From Paramecium tetraurelia (lineage: Eukaryota): a stretch of DNA of 64,000 nt. The notes under the pieces are model-generated. The model was not told the origin of the DNA, did no database searches, and was given only the letters and a program-made list of their open reading frames with translations. Shown here piece by piece: positions 1 through 14,710 of the stretch. Location: contig CT868021.1 in assembly GCA_000165425.1 (NCBI GenBank), positions 1 to 64,000 of the forward strand, written 5' to 3'. Positions within the stretch are counted from its first letter, which is position 1. Every line of letters begins with the position of its first letter. The position numbers and the translations under genes are program-made.

Positions 1-3000
1 CAGTAATCAAATTAATACAGCCGAATGGATAGAAACATTTAAAAATGTGGGACCATTTTAGAGAGGTTGATGCCAATAGTTAGCAAAATAAGTGAAGGGA
101 AGCAGAAATGGGCACGAACAGCTTCTTAAGTGCTTTATATTGGAAATTATGCTATACAACTTGAGAAATTCAGCATACTTCTCAATCCAATACACACAGC
201 ACAGAATTAAAAATATTATCAGCCTAATAGCCATCAATATTGTTACAAAAAAAATATGTGATATCATAAATTATCACAAGTACACACTTATATATTTTAC
301 TCAAAAATGGATGCATATATGATTCATTCCTAATACGAATCTATATGAGAATATGAAGAAGAATAGAATATGATAAATATTTGAATAAGTCTCTTATCGA
401 AGATACTAGCAGTAAATTTAACTCTACAAATCAGAATATGATTCCTCTTAATTTGGCAGAATCAATGAATTTGATGATAAGGTGTTATGTTCATTAATAT
501 CTTTAGCAGAAATAGTAGAGATAAGTTACATATCCTAAATTCATCTCAGTTGATTAATATTTGAAAATTCATCCTTGTAATGGTTACTAAAAATTCTTGA
601 ATATTTATTAGTGGCATAATGATAGGATTTGATGCATGATTAGTAAAATCTTTGTAATTGTCCTCAAAAAACATTGTAATTAAAAGATATTAGACTTGTT
701 GATGAGCTCTTTTACTGCGTAATCCTTTGCTAAATTTAATGTAGGGATTGAACATGTTGTACATCTAATATAAAGTGTACAACAATCAAAAATTATGGAT
801 AATAAAAATCTTTACAGTTCATCCAATTACCTAATCAACTAAACACAAGCTTTTTGATAAGAAGAATCTACCAAACCATAGTTGTTTAGTGAGCAAGGAT
901 GTAAACAATAGGCGAAGATTCATCAGAATAATATCCTGCCTACGAGGATCAACAATTATTTATTAAGTGTTATTGCACAATGAATCAATCTGATATTACT
1001 CGTGGATAACATGTAATATACGTCAACATACTACTTACTATAACACGACTATAGCAACAAGAGTATTAGTAAAGTATATAATTGTTCCATGTTTGAGGAA
1101 GTACACATTCAGCAGAGATAAAATGAGTGCTTAAGCGTAGCTGATATAAGTTTCATTAACTAAGACATTGACCAGATGATAAATATTGGTGACAATATTG
1201 CTGCAGCAAACAATACTTATTCACAAGATTCATTGATTGACCAAGTGAAACCTGGAAGTCAACATCCTCTTTTGCACACATTTATTACATGCATTTAAAG
1301 TAATGGTAGAGACCATCATTCATTCCACAAACAAATAGAAAATATCACTATTCATGTTAACGCATTTAAGAAGTACACTTCATAGATCTATGAGGTAGGA
1401 GGTTTACCAAGGAGAACCTATACTTGAACAGTAATTGGAGATAGGGATTGATATAATCTTTGACCAAATCAATCTAAAAAATCCTAAATTTAATCATCAG
1501 AGTCTTAATATCTTTGATATAGAAATGGTTTAGCAAATTGCATCATTGAATTTTGGAGTTGATTATAACAACTCATTGTGTAATAGGTGCTACATGCAAC
1601 CAAATGTTAGAACAAAGCAGAATATCTAAAAGTAATATGTATTCCTGAGAATAGCCACCTCATTCATTTAATAAGAATAAATCGATCTCTAAATTAAATT
1701 TGCAAAAATCTAGCAACATGAACCAGAAAAAGACTCCAAGGAGTACTTTGAGAGCGACTAAAGTAAAAAGTTATATTGGGTCTACTGGCTCTATATTAAA
1801 TTTAGGACTTTACACAGATTCCAAGAGATTTGATAAGCATTCATTGGCATAATCTTCATCATGGCGTTAATGAAATTGCTCACAAATGATTTTTAACTAC
1901 AACCAGCAAAATTTTGGGACATGAATAAATAGAACAAAGATGGGTTCGATTTTTAAATTACTATCCAGGAATGCTTTATTGCCATATCCTAATTCTTTAT
2001 TTTAAAGAATACTAAGTGAATTTAGAGGTAATTGTACGAAACAATTTTTATTACTCAATAACAATAATGTTTTGTATGGTTACAAATTTTCTCCAAACAT
2101 TGTTTTTCAGGTACAATAAAAAGCTGGAAAAGAGTATGCAAGGTCTTAATAATTGAACAAATGAAATAGAGTTAAACAACACAACATATAGTTAACAACC
2201 ACTACATATATTTGCTATTGCAGAAGTAGATAGGAGCTAATAGCAAGAAATTATCTAGAAACACTATGCAAGAGAATTGTGTATTTTCTTTCTAGCTAGG
2301 AATCACAATATAAATAATTTTTTCACATTGAATTTTTGGATTGAGATTAAGAAGAACAATTGCTTGGAATATTTTATTAAATGAGAAAGTGATGATGTTG
2401 GTTTACTGTGACTCTTATACATTCTGCTAAAGAATGAATACAAAAAGTAGAATTTTTCTCTAAAGATTGTAGCAACCTGTTATATGAAGATACTGACCTG
2501 GAGAATGATATAACTAAATAATAATGCAGAAGACAGCCATAGTTAATATTCCAACAAACTGCACGAGTATTTAAACGTTACTTAATAATGATGGGATATT
2601 AATTCTAAAAAAACAGGATGAAAGTTTAGACCCTCAAGGATGAACCTTTATATTACATGCTCCGTCAACTAATATTAAATAATTCTTAGCTTTAAAGTAT
2701 CAGGTTTCAATTTGTTCCAAATTGAATTTCTTAAATTAGAAGAGTAAATGGGTTAATGAGTGCTACATTTGTAAGCGCCATCAAACAAAATTTCTCATCC
2801 TCGTTAATAATAGATTTTGTGTAAACCTCTAATAAAATGAACCAACAACAGACTTGAGATAGAGAGGTTGCATAATATTACATTTTCTGAAATCGCTACC
2901 AGAAATTTTCAAAAATGGTTCCTGAGATACAGATAGCAGAATTGAATGCCTTAAGAAAGTAATTATGATCTTTTAATTAAACATGAAGTTCGGGCTGGTT

Positions 3001-6000
3001 AATTTAGGAGGTCTAATCATTACCCAGCATTTCTATTTTCAATAAGCGTTTGATCAGAAGTGATGTACATTTCATTTTTGTGTTGTAAGCATTCAAACAT
3101 CGTATTTGAATAAAGAAGCAACAATGGAATCATTAGAAGACACAAATCATACACAACTTCTTGAGTAAGAGCAATAAAAATTCATATCGGAGGACAATTC
3201 TAAACCGTAGGTTATGTTTAAGAAGACGTTGCTACTTATAAAAAATGTTTAGAATCATCCCACATAAGAATTTGGTGTTTATAATCTGATGCCTAAAAAC
3301 TCAGTAAATAGAGTTGAGGTGTAGTAATAAACTAAGACAAGGAATAGGACTCATGGCATTTAGGTCTAAACAAACATTATACTAGTACAAGAAGTAGTTG
3401 ACAGAGCAACAAAGCAATATCTCTCGAAACAGGAAGTAAATTGGATAAAAATGCAAATCTAAATATTAAGTGAATTTTTTTGCTACACTTAATCACAAAT
3501 ATGTTCTGCAATGCACTTTATGCGTAACAGTAATATATTATTTAAAAGTATTAGCAATTGAAATTTAACTGAAATTAACCTTCTAAAGAGGCAACAATCT
3601 TCACCCTGATATTATTAAAGAAGATCATTATAATTTGAAAACCTAAATCTCAACCTATGAATTTAATATAGGCATCAAATTAAGTAAAGTTGAGAACTCA
3701 CTACAAGTAAATAGAAATTATTTGAAATGAAGTTTAATCATAAAGGCATATCATATCTGAAAATTTCTTAAGCAGGCACAACATTTCTGCAGTTCAGATT
3801 AAATAAATAGGTAGTTATCTGAATATAATGCCTAAAATATCTCAAATATTCATCGTTCCATAGTTACAAATAGCATAGGTTGAGTAAGGTTTAATGGAAT
3901 AATACTCTTATTATGGCACTATAATTTGGACAAGAGATTAGAGGGTATTGTGTCTTAAAGGGTATTCAAATTAACAACGTGCAGATGATTGGTCAGATGA
4001 ATACCAATTATATATTAAAATAAACACTTTTTCAATTGCATCCCATCAATTTTGCTTGATGATAGCTAAGGAGGATTAGTAATTATTGCATATATCAAAT
4101 ATGACAGCGCATATCTTGAAAATAGCTATTTGACCAAAAAGGTGGAAGCACTTTACATTTAGTTTGTAAATTTAATCTCAAGGATTTATCATAATTTGAA
4201 GAGATTTGAATAAAGTTAATTGCACAATTAAGATTATCTAAGTAATTGTAATCAAGAACAAAGCATAAGATGGTAGACAGATGAGCTCTAGTCCTCAAGA
4301 GACTATCGGTACAAATTTATATCATGATGAGGATGATAACAATTAACCACAAGAATACATTACGGCGAAGCTCTAAACACAATAAGCAACGGTTGGTGCG
4401 ATATATCCTTAACAGAAATAACAAGTTGTTTTGCAAAATTGAATAAACTGAGCTCATTTTGTGCATCCTTTATTAGATCCAGTCCAAGGAAATTATGCTG
4501 ACAACATTTATTGTAAAAAGGAGACCGAAACTGATCAATAAGGTTGTTTTCAATTATTTAATCATTATTTCTTACAGTTAAATATAAAGAAATAACTTTG
4601 ACCTCGTTTGTCAATTTAATATTTTTGAAAGAAATGAAAAAAGCCTAAATTTTAACAAATGATGATCAATGTCTTATGCATAACCGAAATTATCGATCGA
4701 GCTAAGAATATTTTTGAGAGCATTCTTTTTAATCCTACAAAATATGCTTAGCGTTATTGTACTTTCATAAAAGAGATAACCGCTGCTAGGAATTCTGAGC
4801 TTTTGAGAATAGAAGAAGCCCTTCAGTAGAATCGAAAGTGCATTTATTGCGAAAATGTAAGATGCAATTACACTTATATTTGGTTGTGATGATGCACCAC
4901 AAGATAACGAGCATTATGAGTTGAACTTGACGAAGATTCCTGTAAAAAAAAACAAGGAAGCAAAACAACAATCAGTTCATTTGGTGGTACAAGAGTAGAT
5001 GCTTATTTGCATTCCAAGGATCAATGGAATAAAAGCTCTTCATAGAAGTGAGACTAAACTGCAAAGATGCAATCTCCATTATCAAGTTTGTATGCAGAAC
5101 ACAAGACATCATCACATAATGAATCAGTAATAACAGTTGCAGCCTTAAATTACGATTAGCAAGATAATCATCAGAAGCATTAAATATTGCTAAATCTGTT
5201 TTAGTGAGGATCAAATTAGTACCGCTTCCATCTCTAGATATTGATGGTGTGCTTGATACCGGGACTTCTTGAACAAGAAATGAATTTAGGGCTGTGCTAA
5301 AGCTAGTTGCTCTCTTCTAAGCCCTTATATAAAATTACAACCATTACGTTATTGATAATGGTTTCATTAATAAGAAACCAATATATGTAGTGTTCAAGTT
5401 TTATTAGTTTAAATATATATCTTGCACTTTAATGGTAATGATTGAGCAACAAAATTTTGTAATATTGATACCAGATATTAAATGAAAATAAAAGGATTTA
5501 CCAGAAGATAATGTCTTTCATAAAAAACATATTTAAATTAGAGTTGATATACATTATTATTAATCGTAACTGTTTTTTAAGAATCTACTGATACAATTAG
5601 AGTAATTTGCTTAAGAAGGTTAACACAAAACCATAAGCCTTCTTACTTTATTATTCAAGCGATACTAGACCTAAATATAGCAATCTCATTGAAAGAAAAT
5701 GCATTGTTTTACGCAGAATTATAATTAAGGCTTAACATGTTGATCATTCAATAGCCTAATGTGGAGCATTCTTTAATGTATAATTTCAATGCACTCATTG
5801 ATTTATGATGGCATATATTCATGGATATTAATATTATGAATCGGAACACTCTTTTAGTGTATTAAAAGAAGAAAAAAACTGCAAATATGCCTACTAGCCT
5901 TTCATGAAATATGTTTACTATTAAAATAAAAATGTGATGCAACAGGTCACAATTGTTCCAAGCCATATAAAGATCAAAGCAATAATTTTATCATTGACTC

Positions 6001-9000
6001 CAAGAGAACAGATAATATGAGAGAGCTATAATAAAATCCTTTGCTATTTTTGCTCAGCTTTAGAGTTAATTTCTACATAAAACCTATGCAGTTAAATTAA
6101 ATGTGCCAAGACAGGATTATAATTACTATGAAATGTATGATTTAGATAATGAAATGTTAAATGACATTCATAAAGCACATCGTTGCTTATTGCAAGAGGC
6201 ATACAAAGAAGGGAGATTTTTTATAAAATTACAATTTATAGATATTGTAGCCATTGAGTTAAGCATAATTCCAAGCCTGAAATACATAGATATGCTAATC
6301 AGCCATATGAACATCGGCTCACAGGGGAGGATCATTTTCGAATATGCAGTTCATCATTTTAAGGATAGATAACGACTGAATAAACTGTCTCATCTAGTCG
6401 AATGATCGTCATAACTTGTATAGCCTCACTATTTTATAATTTACAAGTAGTATTATAATATAAAGGTTTAATAAGATCATTCTTGTAATTCTACTTCGCT
6501 GAGCGAGAGTTTCGATTTTGAACCTTATTTATTGGGTTATCTTTCTGTGAGTATGATTGGCTTGATATCAACTTTTGGACCCATCACTTTTTTTTGCAAT
6601 GTTTAAGGTTGTCTATTTTCATTAATAAAACACATATTTCCTGAATGGTTAATATCAACTTGAATGGTGGTATAGAAGTTTAGCGCTTCAATAAGTAATT
6701 AATTTAGCAGAATGTTCTAAGGAAAATTGTGCTTTAATTGTTGGTGAATTAAGGAGATAATATTTTAAACCAGGTTTCTACAGATTCACCAAATGATATT
6801 CTGAACTGTTATTGTGAGTGACAACTGAAAATAACATGAAGTAAATCATATGATATTTAATCTTATTGGTACAGCTTCAAATATATGTTTCATAAATGAA
6901 TAAGCATTTATATTAAGAGTCAAGTAAATTGTGGATTAATTGATCTAAGAAATTGAGAATAAAGTCTTCCTGTTCCACTATTGAATTTGAGCAAGATTAA
7001 TTGTAATCATCATCTTTTCAGTAACTGACTTAACAACATATCAAAGGTTTACAAGTTTTTATAGTCTATGTCTTGCAAGAGGACTTTGAAAAAAATGCCA
7101 GTTTAATCCTCAACATCTATAAGATACATAAAAATAAATATAATGTCAGAACATTTTAAATAATTATAGAAAATGAACTATGAAGTTAACAGCCTCAATT
7201 TCAATATAATATTATTAGCTTGAAACTCCTACTTACTTATAATTTTACAACAAATCAGAATATCAAACTATTTTTTACTCTTTGGATTTTATGTTTTGAC
7301 CAGTATAAATACTGCCCTTGTGTCTAATCCTTCCACAATGTTTTATATTGATTAAAGTTCTGATGCATTAAGAGAATATATTATGTACAACTTGGAATAA
7401 CTACAGTTAACTCTTGTAGAAAGGTATAAAGAAATAATAATCACTCGGGTCTGCAAATATGTAATACATGTCGTCCTCTTATCAGAATTAAGTATCTCCA
7501 TGACTATGAAAATTTAAGCAAGCTCTAATTGTTAAAAGGAAGATACACGAAGGCAAGCTCATCATGTATTAATTGACATTGAGACGGAAACCGCCTACAT
7601 TGTTCTTAAATGCAGCGAAATGACTAAGACTAAAGAAAACGACAAAGATTCGACATTTTAAGTTGGCTTAATATATTTACTAATCATTTTTATAAGTTTA
7701 GCCTAATAGTGCTATAAAGATTAGTGCAAGGATGATATCACAAATCTGAAAATCCAGTAAATACAAACTATCACATCTCCAGTCTAGTCATCGGCACATG
7801 ACTTTTGTCTTACTTTTATAAAATGAAATATAGTTTGCTAGTAATTGTTAAGCTTATTTCCCTCCACATCAAATAATTGATGGTAGTCTCATGGCTAAAC
7901 CATTTGCGAATTATATTTTAAATTACTTCTATTATTCAAATACCCTCCCCTTAATCAAAGATTGGTTACATATGAATAATGCACCTAGAATTCTAATAAA
8001 TATTTTAATAGTATCCATATGTTATAGCAGGTGCAAATGTTAGATGTAACATTATCATGACACAACCAATGCTAGAATTAAAAAAAATTGCACATCTAAT
8101 AGACAAAGATGTACAAGCAAAATTGTATTTAATAAGTGCGATAAAACAAAATAACACTAATAAGCAAGAAAGACAACATTTTATAGGAGAAATTTGTTAA
8201 TTACCCTAAGGAATAGGGTAGCTTGTAACTACTCACCCTACAACTTTTCTTGCATGAAGAAGTGGTTCATTTATTGAAATTTACATCATAATCATTCATT
8301 CAAATTATAGTGAGTATATAAATCGATGCTCAAGATTAATTAATCGTTGAGGATAAGAAATAAAGTTAGGATATGGCTATTGTATTTTGCAAGAAGGAGA
8401 TGATTGGTTATAACCTGAAAATACAAGATATGTAACAAGTAATAATATGTTGTGTCAATGTTTGAGCATATAAATGCAATAAAACATGTGATGCTCCGTT
8501 TTAACTAAATTCAGGAAAGCAGTACCCAGTATAACTTATAGGCTAAAAGACAGGGTGATGAACAGAATTTTCTAATCATCAGAGCATAATGTACTGAATT
8601 TGAGTTTCAATTACAGTCCTACAAGAATGATTATAATAATACAAAAAGAATCTAGTCGGGCAGCCATTATAAAATCTAAGTTGTATTTAGAAGGAGCTCC
8701 ACAATATTATTCGGCTCAGATGAGTTGAAAATAATTCAAGGTAATGGGCACTGAAATTCTGAGTTCACTAGTTAAAATATGAAAATGATTTGAACACTTA
8801 ATATAACTTGATACCATTCATAATTGCCAACATAGTAACTAGTATTATTCTATATCTTGCATGTTAAACATGTAGTAGCTGATCTCAGAATTGCACTACC
8901 TTATTTGTAATTATGTATACTATCCACTTAAAGACTGAATACTATTTCATTGCAAAGCCTTTTTCTAACAGAGAGTGATCATACGGAACTTCCATTATAG

Positions 9001-11200
9001 CTAGATTGGTAATTGAGAAAATTAGGTTAACATAGCAATCATACTTATATTTTTATAACCACCTTATTTGCAGATCATCTAAAATTGGTAGCATAATTTC
9101 GATAACCTCCTAAATTTATCTGTAGCATCAATATGTGACAACGATATTGATGCAAAATAAAGCATCGTTAACTGTAGAAAATCTTATCCATAAAAATCTA
9201 AATTGGAGATAGTTATTTTGATCTAAATATTTAGTAATTTCAAAATGCAGCACAATGATTAAAGTTTATGGTAATTTAACTACATTGTAGTAAAACATAA
9301 TTGGTTGAGTCAAGCGCAAAAAAATCATATTTTTTGGAACTGTCTATAACCAAAACTATTAATGCATATCTGATCATAACCATAAACTAGCAGTACAAAT
9401 GTTACATAATTGAATAGGAAACACAAAAACAGAAAAAAGTTTTGAATGCTAGAGCATAGAGTTTATAGCTGATAACAACAAGTATTAATGGTGACATTAT
9501 GTATAGATAGCTGGCTCCATCTTACAGATTAGTAATTAAAAGGTATGCAGTAATCCTTTAATTATAGATACATCTTGGAGGTCATGACAATTATATTTAA
9601 ACAAGATTTAAATTTTAGAGAGGAACAGAAATTAATAAAAATCTGGAAAGTGTCACTAACAAGAGTGAAGCAAGAAATTACACATAAGTTGCACGAAGAA
9701 TAAGCTAAATAGATGCCTAAATGTAATCAGAAATAAGCACCAATATCATAATATTTTAAGTGATAGTTTGAGCATAAGAATCAGACACGATGATTCTATT
9801 ATTAAAAATGGTGGAAAATAAGAAGATACACAATGCGGTGCTAGTAAATCTCATATACGATAAATCATGCTTTTTTAGTATTTTATTTCATAAGTGATAT
9901 AGTTTTGTACAATATTATTAAGAATCATTTGTAGATAAACATGGAGCCCACTCTTTATTATATTAAGAATAGCTGCCACCTCAATAAAGATCCAATATTT
10001 AACTTAGGAAGCGCTAATACAAGATCTGTTTCAGCACTGCCTGACTTTATTGGTAAAAGAAGAGCAGAGCTGTTGTTCAGGTTAAGGATATGATCATTAG
10101 AACGATAACTTAATTAATTGCAATTATCAATCCCAAAAGAAAAATGCTGCATTTTAATTGGCCTGTTCCAAATATAAAATGTTTAATGAGGAATAAAGTT
10201 GGAGATTCAGTACACTAAATTCATTTCCATATAACAACTCACGTACATAAAATGACACCATTTTGAATTCTAAAACAATTAATGCCTTGAAAAATTTTTC
10301 ATAATGATATAGGAGATTTTACCTACACTATTTAGCATTATGATCTTATGTAGAAAAGCACCTTCATAATTATAAGTGCCATCATGATATGAATCACATT
10401 TATAGTTATTCCAATAGGTAAATATCAGATACATCATCTGAGAATATTTATTGAGTAAATTTAGTAAGGAACTGGAAACTGGAAACTTTCCAAATTGCAA
10501 AGTGCATTTAACTAAGCAGCCACCGTCATCTTAACAGGTACTAATTAAATTATGTGTATTTAATTAAGTATCTCATTTAGATTGAATATGATTTTGATTG
10601 GACAACAGTTAAAATTCTAAGAAAATTTGCAGAACTTGTTTCGGATATCAGTAATCAACAATAAAAGATCTGAAGGCTTACATCAGAGGTAACTTATGAT
10701 ACATAAAGTACATATAGTCGAGTTCTTGGTCCAGAATTACTTTTTTTATTTTAATGTAAGTCAGAAGATTAATAGAATTAAAGTATATGTTTGCCTTTGT
10801 CAGCAAGTATGATTAAATTTGGATCCTCAGAACATTTCTTGATTGTAGAGAAGGAGTAGTTATAAAGACATGATCTAAGTCAGCAGGACTATATATATTA
10901 ACCTGTGAGGTTAGAGTTAGAAAATTTTTGATAAACTTCTTAAAGATTACTAGAATGCTGATATTAAATATGTGTACATGTTTCAAAATAGTTAGCGCAC
11001 AAGTATAAGATGCTTAGCTGACTTTTATGTAACACACTAATTGACACCGGGAAACAAGACCTATGTTTATCAATTAAGTTCGCAAATTTCAAATGAGTTC
11101 CAGTAGCTGATACAATCAGGAATTGAAAAGTTAAAAATTAATTAATGAACAAATAGCCCATATTTATTCTGTTGTCGAGACATTCTAAAGATAGCAAACG
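1..11200 (+). pseudogene. Decayed large coding-like region with Cys/His-rich remnants; one or more pseudogenes of a giant protein
   Basis: In the stretches translated I found no long frame open even in code 6, but protein-like pieces recur on + between TGA stops and frameshifts, e.g. LQRCNLHYQVCMQNTRHHH (~5060-5115), LQICLLAFHEICLLLKQKCDATGHNCSKPY (~5880-5970), RCKCQMQHYHD...CTSNRQRCTSKIVFNKCDK (~8030-8145), EEQSCCSGQGYDH (~10060-10097). Boundaries and family are uncertain. Confidence 0.4.
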
Positions 11201-11239
11201 GTACAATATTTTAATTAGGATAGTATATAGTATCAATAC

Positions 11240-11470
11240 CTGCCCGAGATAATTTTCTTAGGGTAAATTAAATATATTAGTATAAATCTATTACATATAT
11301 TATTAATTAAATACTATGTTTTTATTTAAGTCTTTTAATTTATATATATGCTTGTTAAATAAAAAATGAAGATGCATAATTTGGGTGGATAAAGCGTTAT
11401 CTATTGATCCTAAACATATTTAATCCTTAAATGAGAAAGGTAGATTGGATTATAATTAAATTTATAGTTT
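11240..11470 (+). pseudogene. Isolated TPR-exon relic
   Basis: IWVDKALSIDPKHIQSLNEK followed by G|gtag...ag, the same junction type as the TPR genes downstream; frameshifted just upstream and no intact gene context. Confidence 0.55.
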
Positions 11471-12300
11471 AATGTTTATAAAATATTATTAAATATTTTA
11501 TCTTCTGCTTATCATTTTTAATATTTCCAAATTAACTAAGGTGAATTTTCTTGAATTATGTGTTCTTTTATTTAATTTAGAGCTTATAAGAACTATCAAT
11601 TTTTCCTTTTCCGTTTTATTGCGAATATGAGTTCGAATTCCATCGGTTCTTCTAGAATTACATTCAGACCTAATTTAAAGCTTATCAAATGTAGCTTTAG
11701 CGATAAACATGGTTCCGTCAGATAATTTCAACAAATGTCTAGCTTTTCAGCTGACGTATTCGAAATGATTTACATAGTAATTCAAATATTTTAAAAACAT
11801 ATTATGATAAGATATAATTATATAAACATTCGTTTATATGCACTTATTACATTTATGAAATCTATGAAAAATTTATTCATAATTCATTACTAGCTTTAGT
11901 TTTCAATGTAAATGAATGTCATATTACAAAATTTCTTCTTGCTGTGTATTATTTAAAGGAGAAGTCTTACTCTTATCAAATCTCTGTCTCCTCAATTTGC
12001 TTAAGTATGAATTAAATAAATAGTACAATTATTCTCTAATTAATTATTTAATTATAATTATAACCATAAAATAGAGATCAATTCATAGATTCTTAAATGG
12101 TTAGAATAAACTTCAGATGACGAATGTCGTCTCACTAATTAAGAATTACCTAACTAAATAGTCGATAGTTAGTCCAATTGAAAAAAGCGGAGTGATATAT
12201 TTTGAAATATAATTCATTTTTGAATGCTCTTGATGACATCTAATGTATAAATTTTTGATATAAATTATTCGAGATACATTCAACTAAAAGTTAAGGAATC

Positions 12301-14710
12301 ATGAATATAGTTAATTTACTATATTATGTTTTAGGGCAGTTATAATTCACAACCACCTTAGGTATCTCGAAAAGCAGTCTTCTATTAACTTAAAATTATT
12401 AACAAGCAAATCAATTTTAGTAGTTTCATTATGAAAAATTGTCAGAATTGATCAGAAAATCTCTTGAATTTAATTAAAAAAGAAGAAGAAATATCTTATT
12501 AATATAAATAAAAATAATAGAAATACAAAAATATCTTTCTAACTAAAAGAAAATGATTTAGTATGATTAGCAAGAAGAGACATCATAATAATAAAATATT
12601 ACAATAACAAATTAAGCCAAATAAGAATAAAACGAGGCGATTGACGAAGAATCATTAAAATGTAATCTCATGAGTATATCAATTTAAAGAAATAATTAAT
12701 AATTAATATCAGTTTGATGAGATATATTATGAATTAGTTTTATTAGAGACAGAAGAAAAAATCAAAGAGAACGAACTTCTCAAAGACAATTAAAAGAATG
12801 ATGAATTATAAAGGCGCAAAGGTAGAATTATTTTTAACTCTTAAGGAAACCTCTTAATAAAATTAGGTAAATATGACGAATATTGGGAATATATTGATTA
12901 AGCAATTGCAGTAAATCCAAAAAACTAACTACTGATTCTTCACAAAGGTAAAATTTATCTACAAACTATTTAAGGGATTGCATTAGCTCAGTTAAAAAAA
13001 TATGAATAGGCTTTTGAATGTTTCAATGAAGCAAAAAAAATAGATCCTACAAATCAAGAATTTCTAATTCAGTTAGGTATTATTTGTTTTTATTTTCAAT
13101 TTAGCGTAATCACTAGAGGACTTTGATGAATTTGATGGAGCTTATAAATTTTATAATGAAGCTCAGAAACTTGGTGACAATGTAGAGATGTTAAATATTA
13201 ATAAAGGTAATTTTCAATAGGATTTAATTTTAGCCTCTGCATTAATTAATTTAAAGAGATGTGAAGAAGCCATTGAATTGTGTGATAAAGAACTTTCAAA
13301 TGCTACTTGTCATAAACGTGCTTATGCTACTAAGGGTATTATATAATTAAATTAATAAAAGCAAGGGCATTATATGTATCACTTAGATATGAAGAAGCTC
13401 TTGAAATTTGTGATAGGTTAATTTAAATGGATGAAAATTTTTAATTGGCTTATGATATCAAGGGTAAGTCTAGTAAAGTTTTATATCTTTTTTAGGAAGG
13501 ACCTTAGCCTCATTACAGCGACCTCAAGAAGCAATCTAACAATGTCTAAAAGCTATTCGATTAGATTAGAAGAAATATATACCTTATGCTACCATAGGTA
13601 AAAATAATATTGAAAGTTTACTTCAGCTGGAGCATTAGTTTAATTAAAACGTTATGAAGAGGCGATTGAATTTGCTGATATTTCACTTAAGTTAAACCCA
13701 AGGGGAGATATAGCTCTCGGCAACAAAGGTATTTTTACAAATTAATAATTAAGGAATGGCATTAACTAATTTAGATAGACTAGAAGAAGCTGTTGAGTGT
13801 TTTGGTTAAGCCCTTTCAATAACAAAAGATCATCCTATTCTAAATTATTTAATGGGTATGGTTAATTTTGAATAATTATTTTAGGATCTACATTAATAAA
13901 TCTAGATAGAGAAGAAGAATCTATTGAATATTTAGATAGGGCTATAAAAAGTAATCCAAAAAATTCTGAAAACCATTTGAAAAAAGGTTGAATTTAATTT
14001 AGCATAATTGCTTTAGGAATAGCATTATTTAGCTTAGGGAGATATGAAGAGTCAATTGAGATTTTTGACTTATCAATTGCTTTAAATTCAAATAATCTTT
14101 ATGCATTTTTTTACAAAGGTAAATGTGTTAAAACTAATAAATTTAGGAAAGTCTTTATTTAATTCAGGTAGATTTAAAGGTGCAGTTTTAACTTTAAGTG
14201 AAGCCCTTAAACTCCATTAAACAGAATTTGGAATATGGAATCTAATGGGTATATTATAATTTGACTAACAAATAAGGAAGATCATTACTAAACTTGCATC
14301 TCTTTGACTAATCGATTATATATTTGTTGAAAGCACACGAATTAAACCCATAGGATGAAGTAGTTATTTTTAACATAGGTAAATTTTTATTCTCAAACTT
14401 TAGGTCTTTCATTAGAACGTCTAAATAAAAATGATGCCGCCATTTTTTGGATTAATAAAGGTCTAAAGATTAGTCCAGACACTCATTATGCATTAGATTT
14501 AATGGGTCTATATTTTAATCTTATAATTATAGCAAAAACCTTAATAAAAATTGGGAAATTTAAAGAAGCGATATTATTTTCATAAAAAGCTGTAAGTCTA
14601 GATCCTAGTAACGAGGAGTATTAATAGAATTATTGTAATTATGAATATCATCTTTAGTGAAAGGTCTATATATGTTGGAATTGGAATACGCATCTATGGA
14701 ACACTAATGA
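12301..14710 (+). CDS. TPR-repeat protein with 14 consecutive 102-nt exons
   Basis: ATG 12301 (start uncertain), intron 12662-12689, then phase-1 introns delimiting 102-nt exons starting at 12846, 12975, 13105, 13234, 13362, 13496, 13627, 13754, 13885, 14017, 14147, 14277, 14404 and 14533; TPR consensus e.g. GIALAQLKKYEQAFECFNEAKKIDPTNQ; TGA 14708-14710. Confidence 0.85.

Noticed and set aside
6530..6780. Possible GBP/VLIG P-loop remnant (SVSMIGLISTFG...AMFK)
   Set aside because: No GKS/T; similarity too weak to call without a search.
58..10500. Short standard-code ORFs in the first 10.5 kb
   Set aside because: Called with the wrong genetic code, no recognisable motifs; at best fragments of the decayed region.
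1..11200. TGA read as Cys or Trp making an intact giant gene
   Set aside because: Frameshifts are also present and TGA is the stop codon in all neighbouring genes.
11620..11655. GTTCGAATTC resembling a tRNA T-loop / B box
   Set aside because: No cloverleaf stems or A box visible.
12822..14657. CRISPR-like periodicity of ~130 nt
   Set aside because: Explained by 102-nt TPR exons plus tiny introns; no identical direct repeats; eukaryotic DNA.
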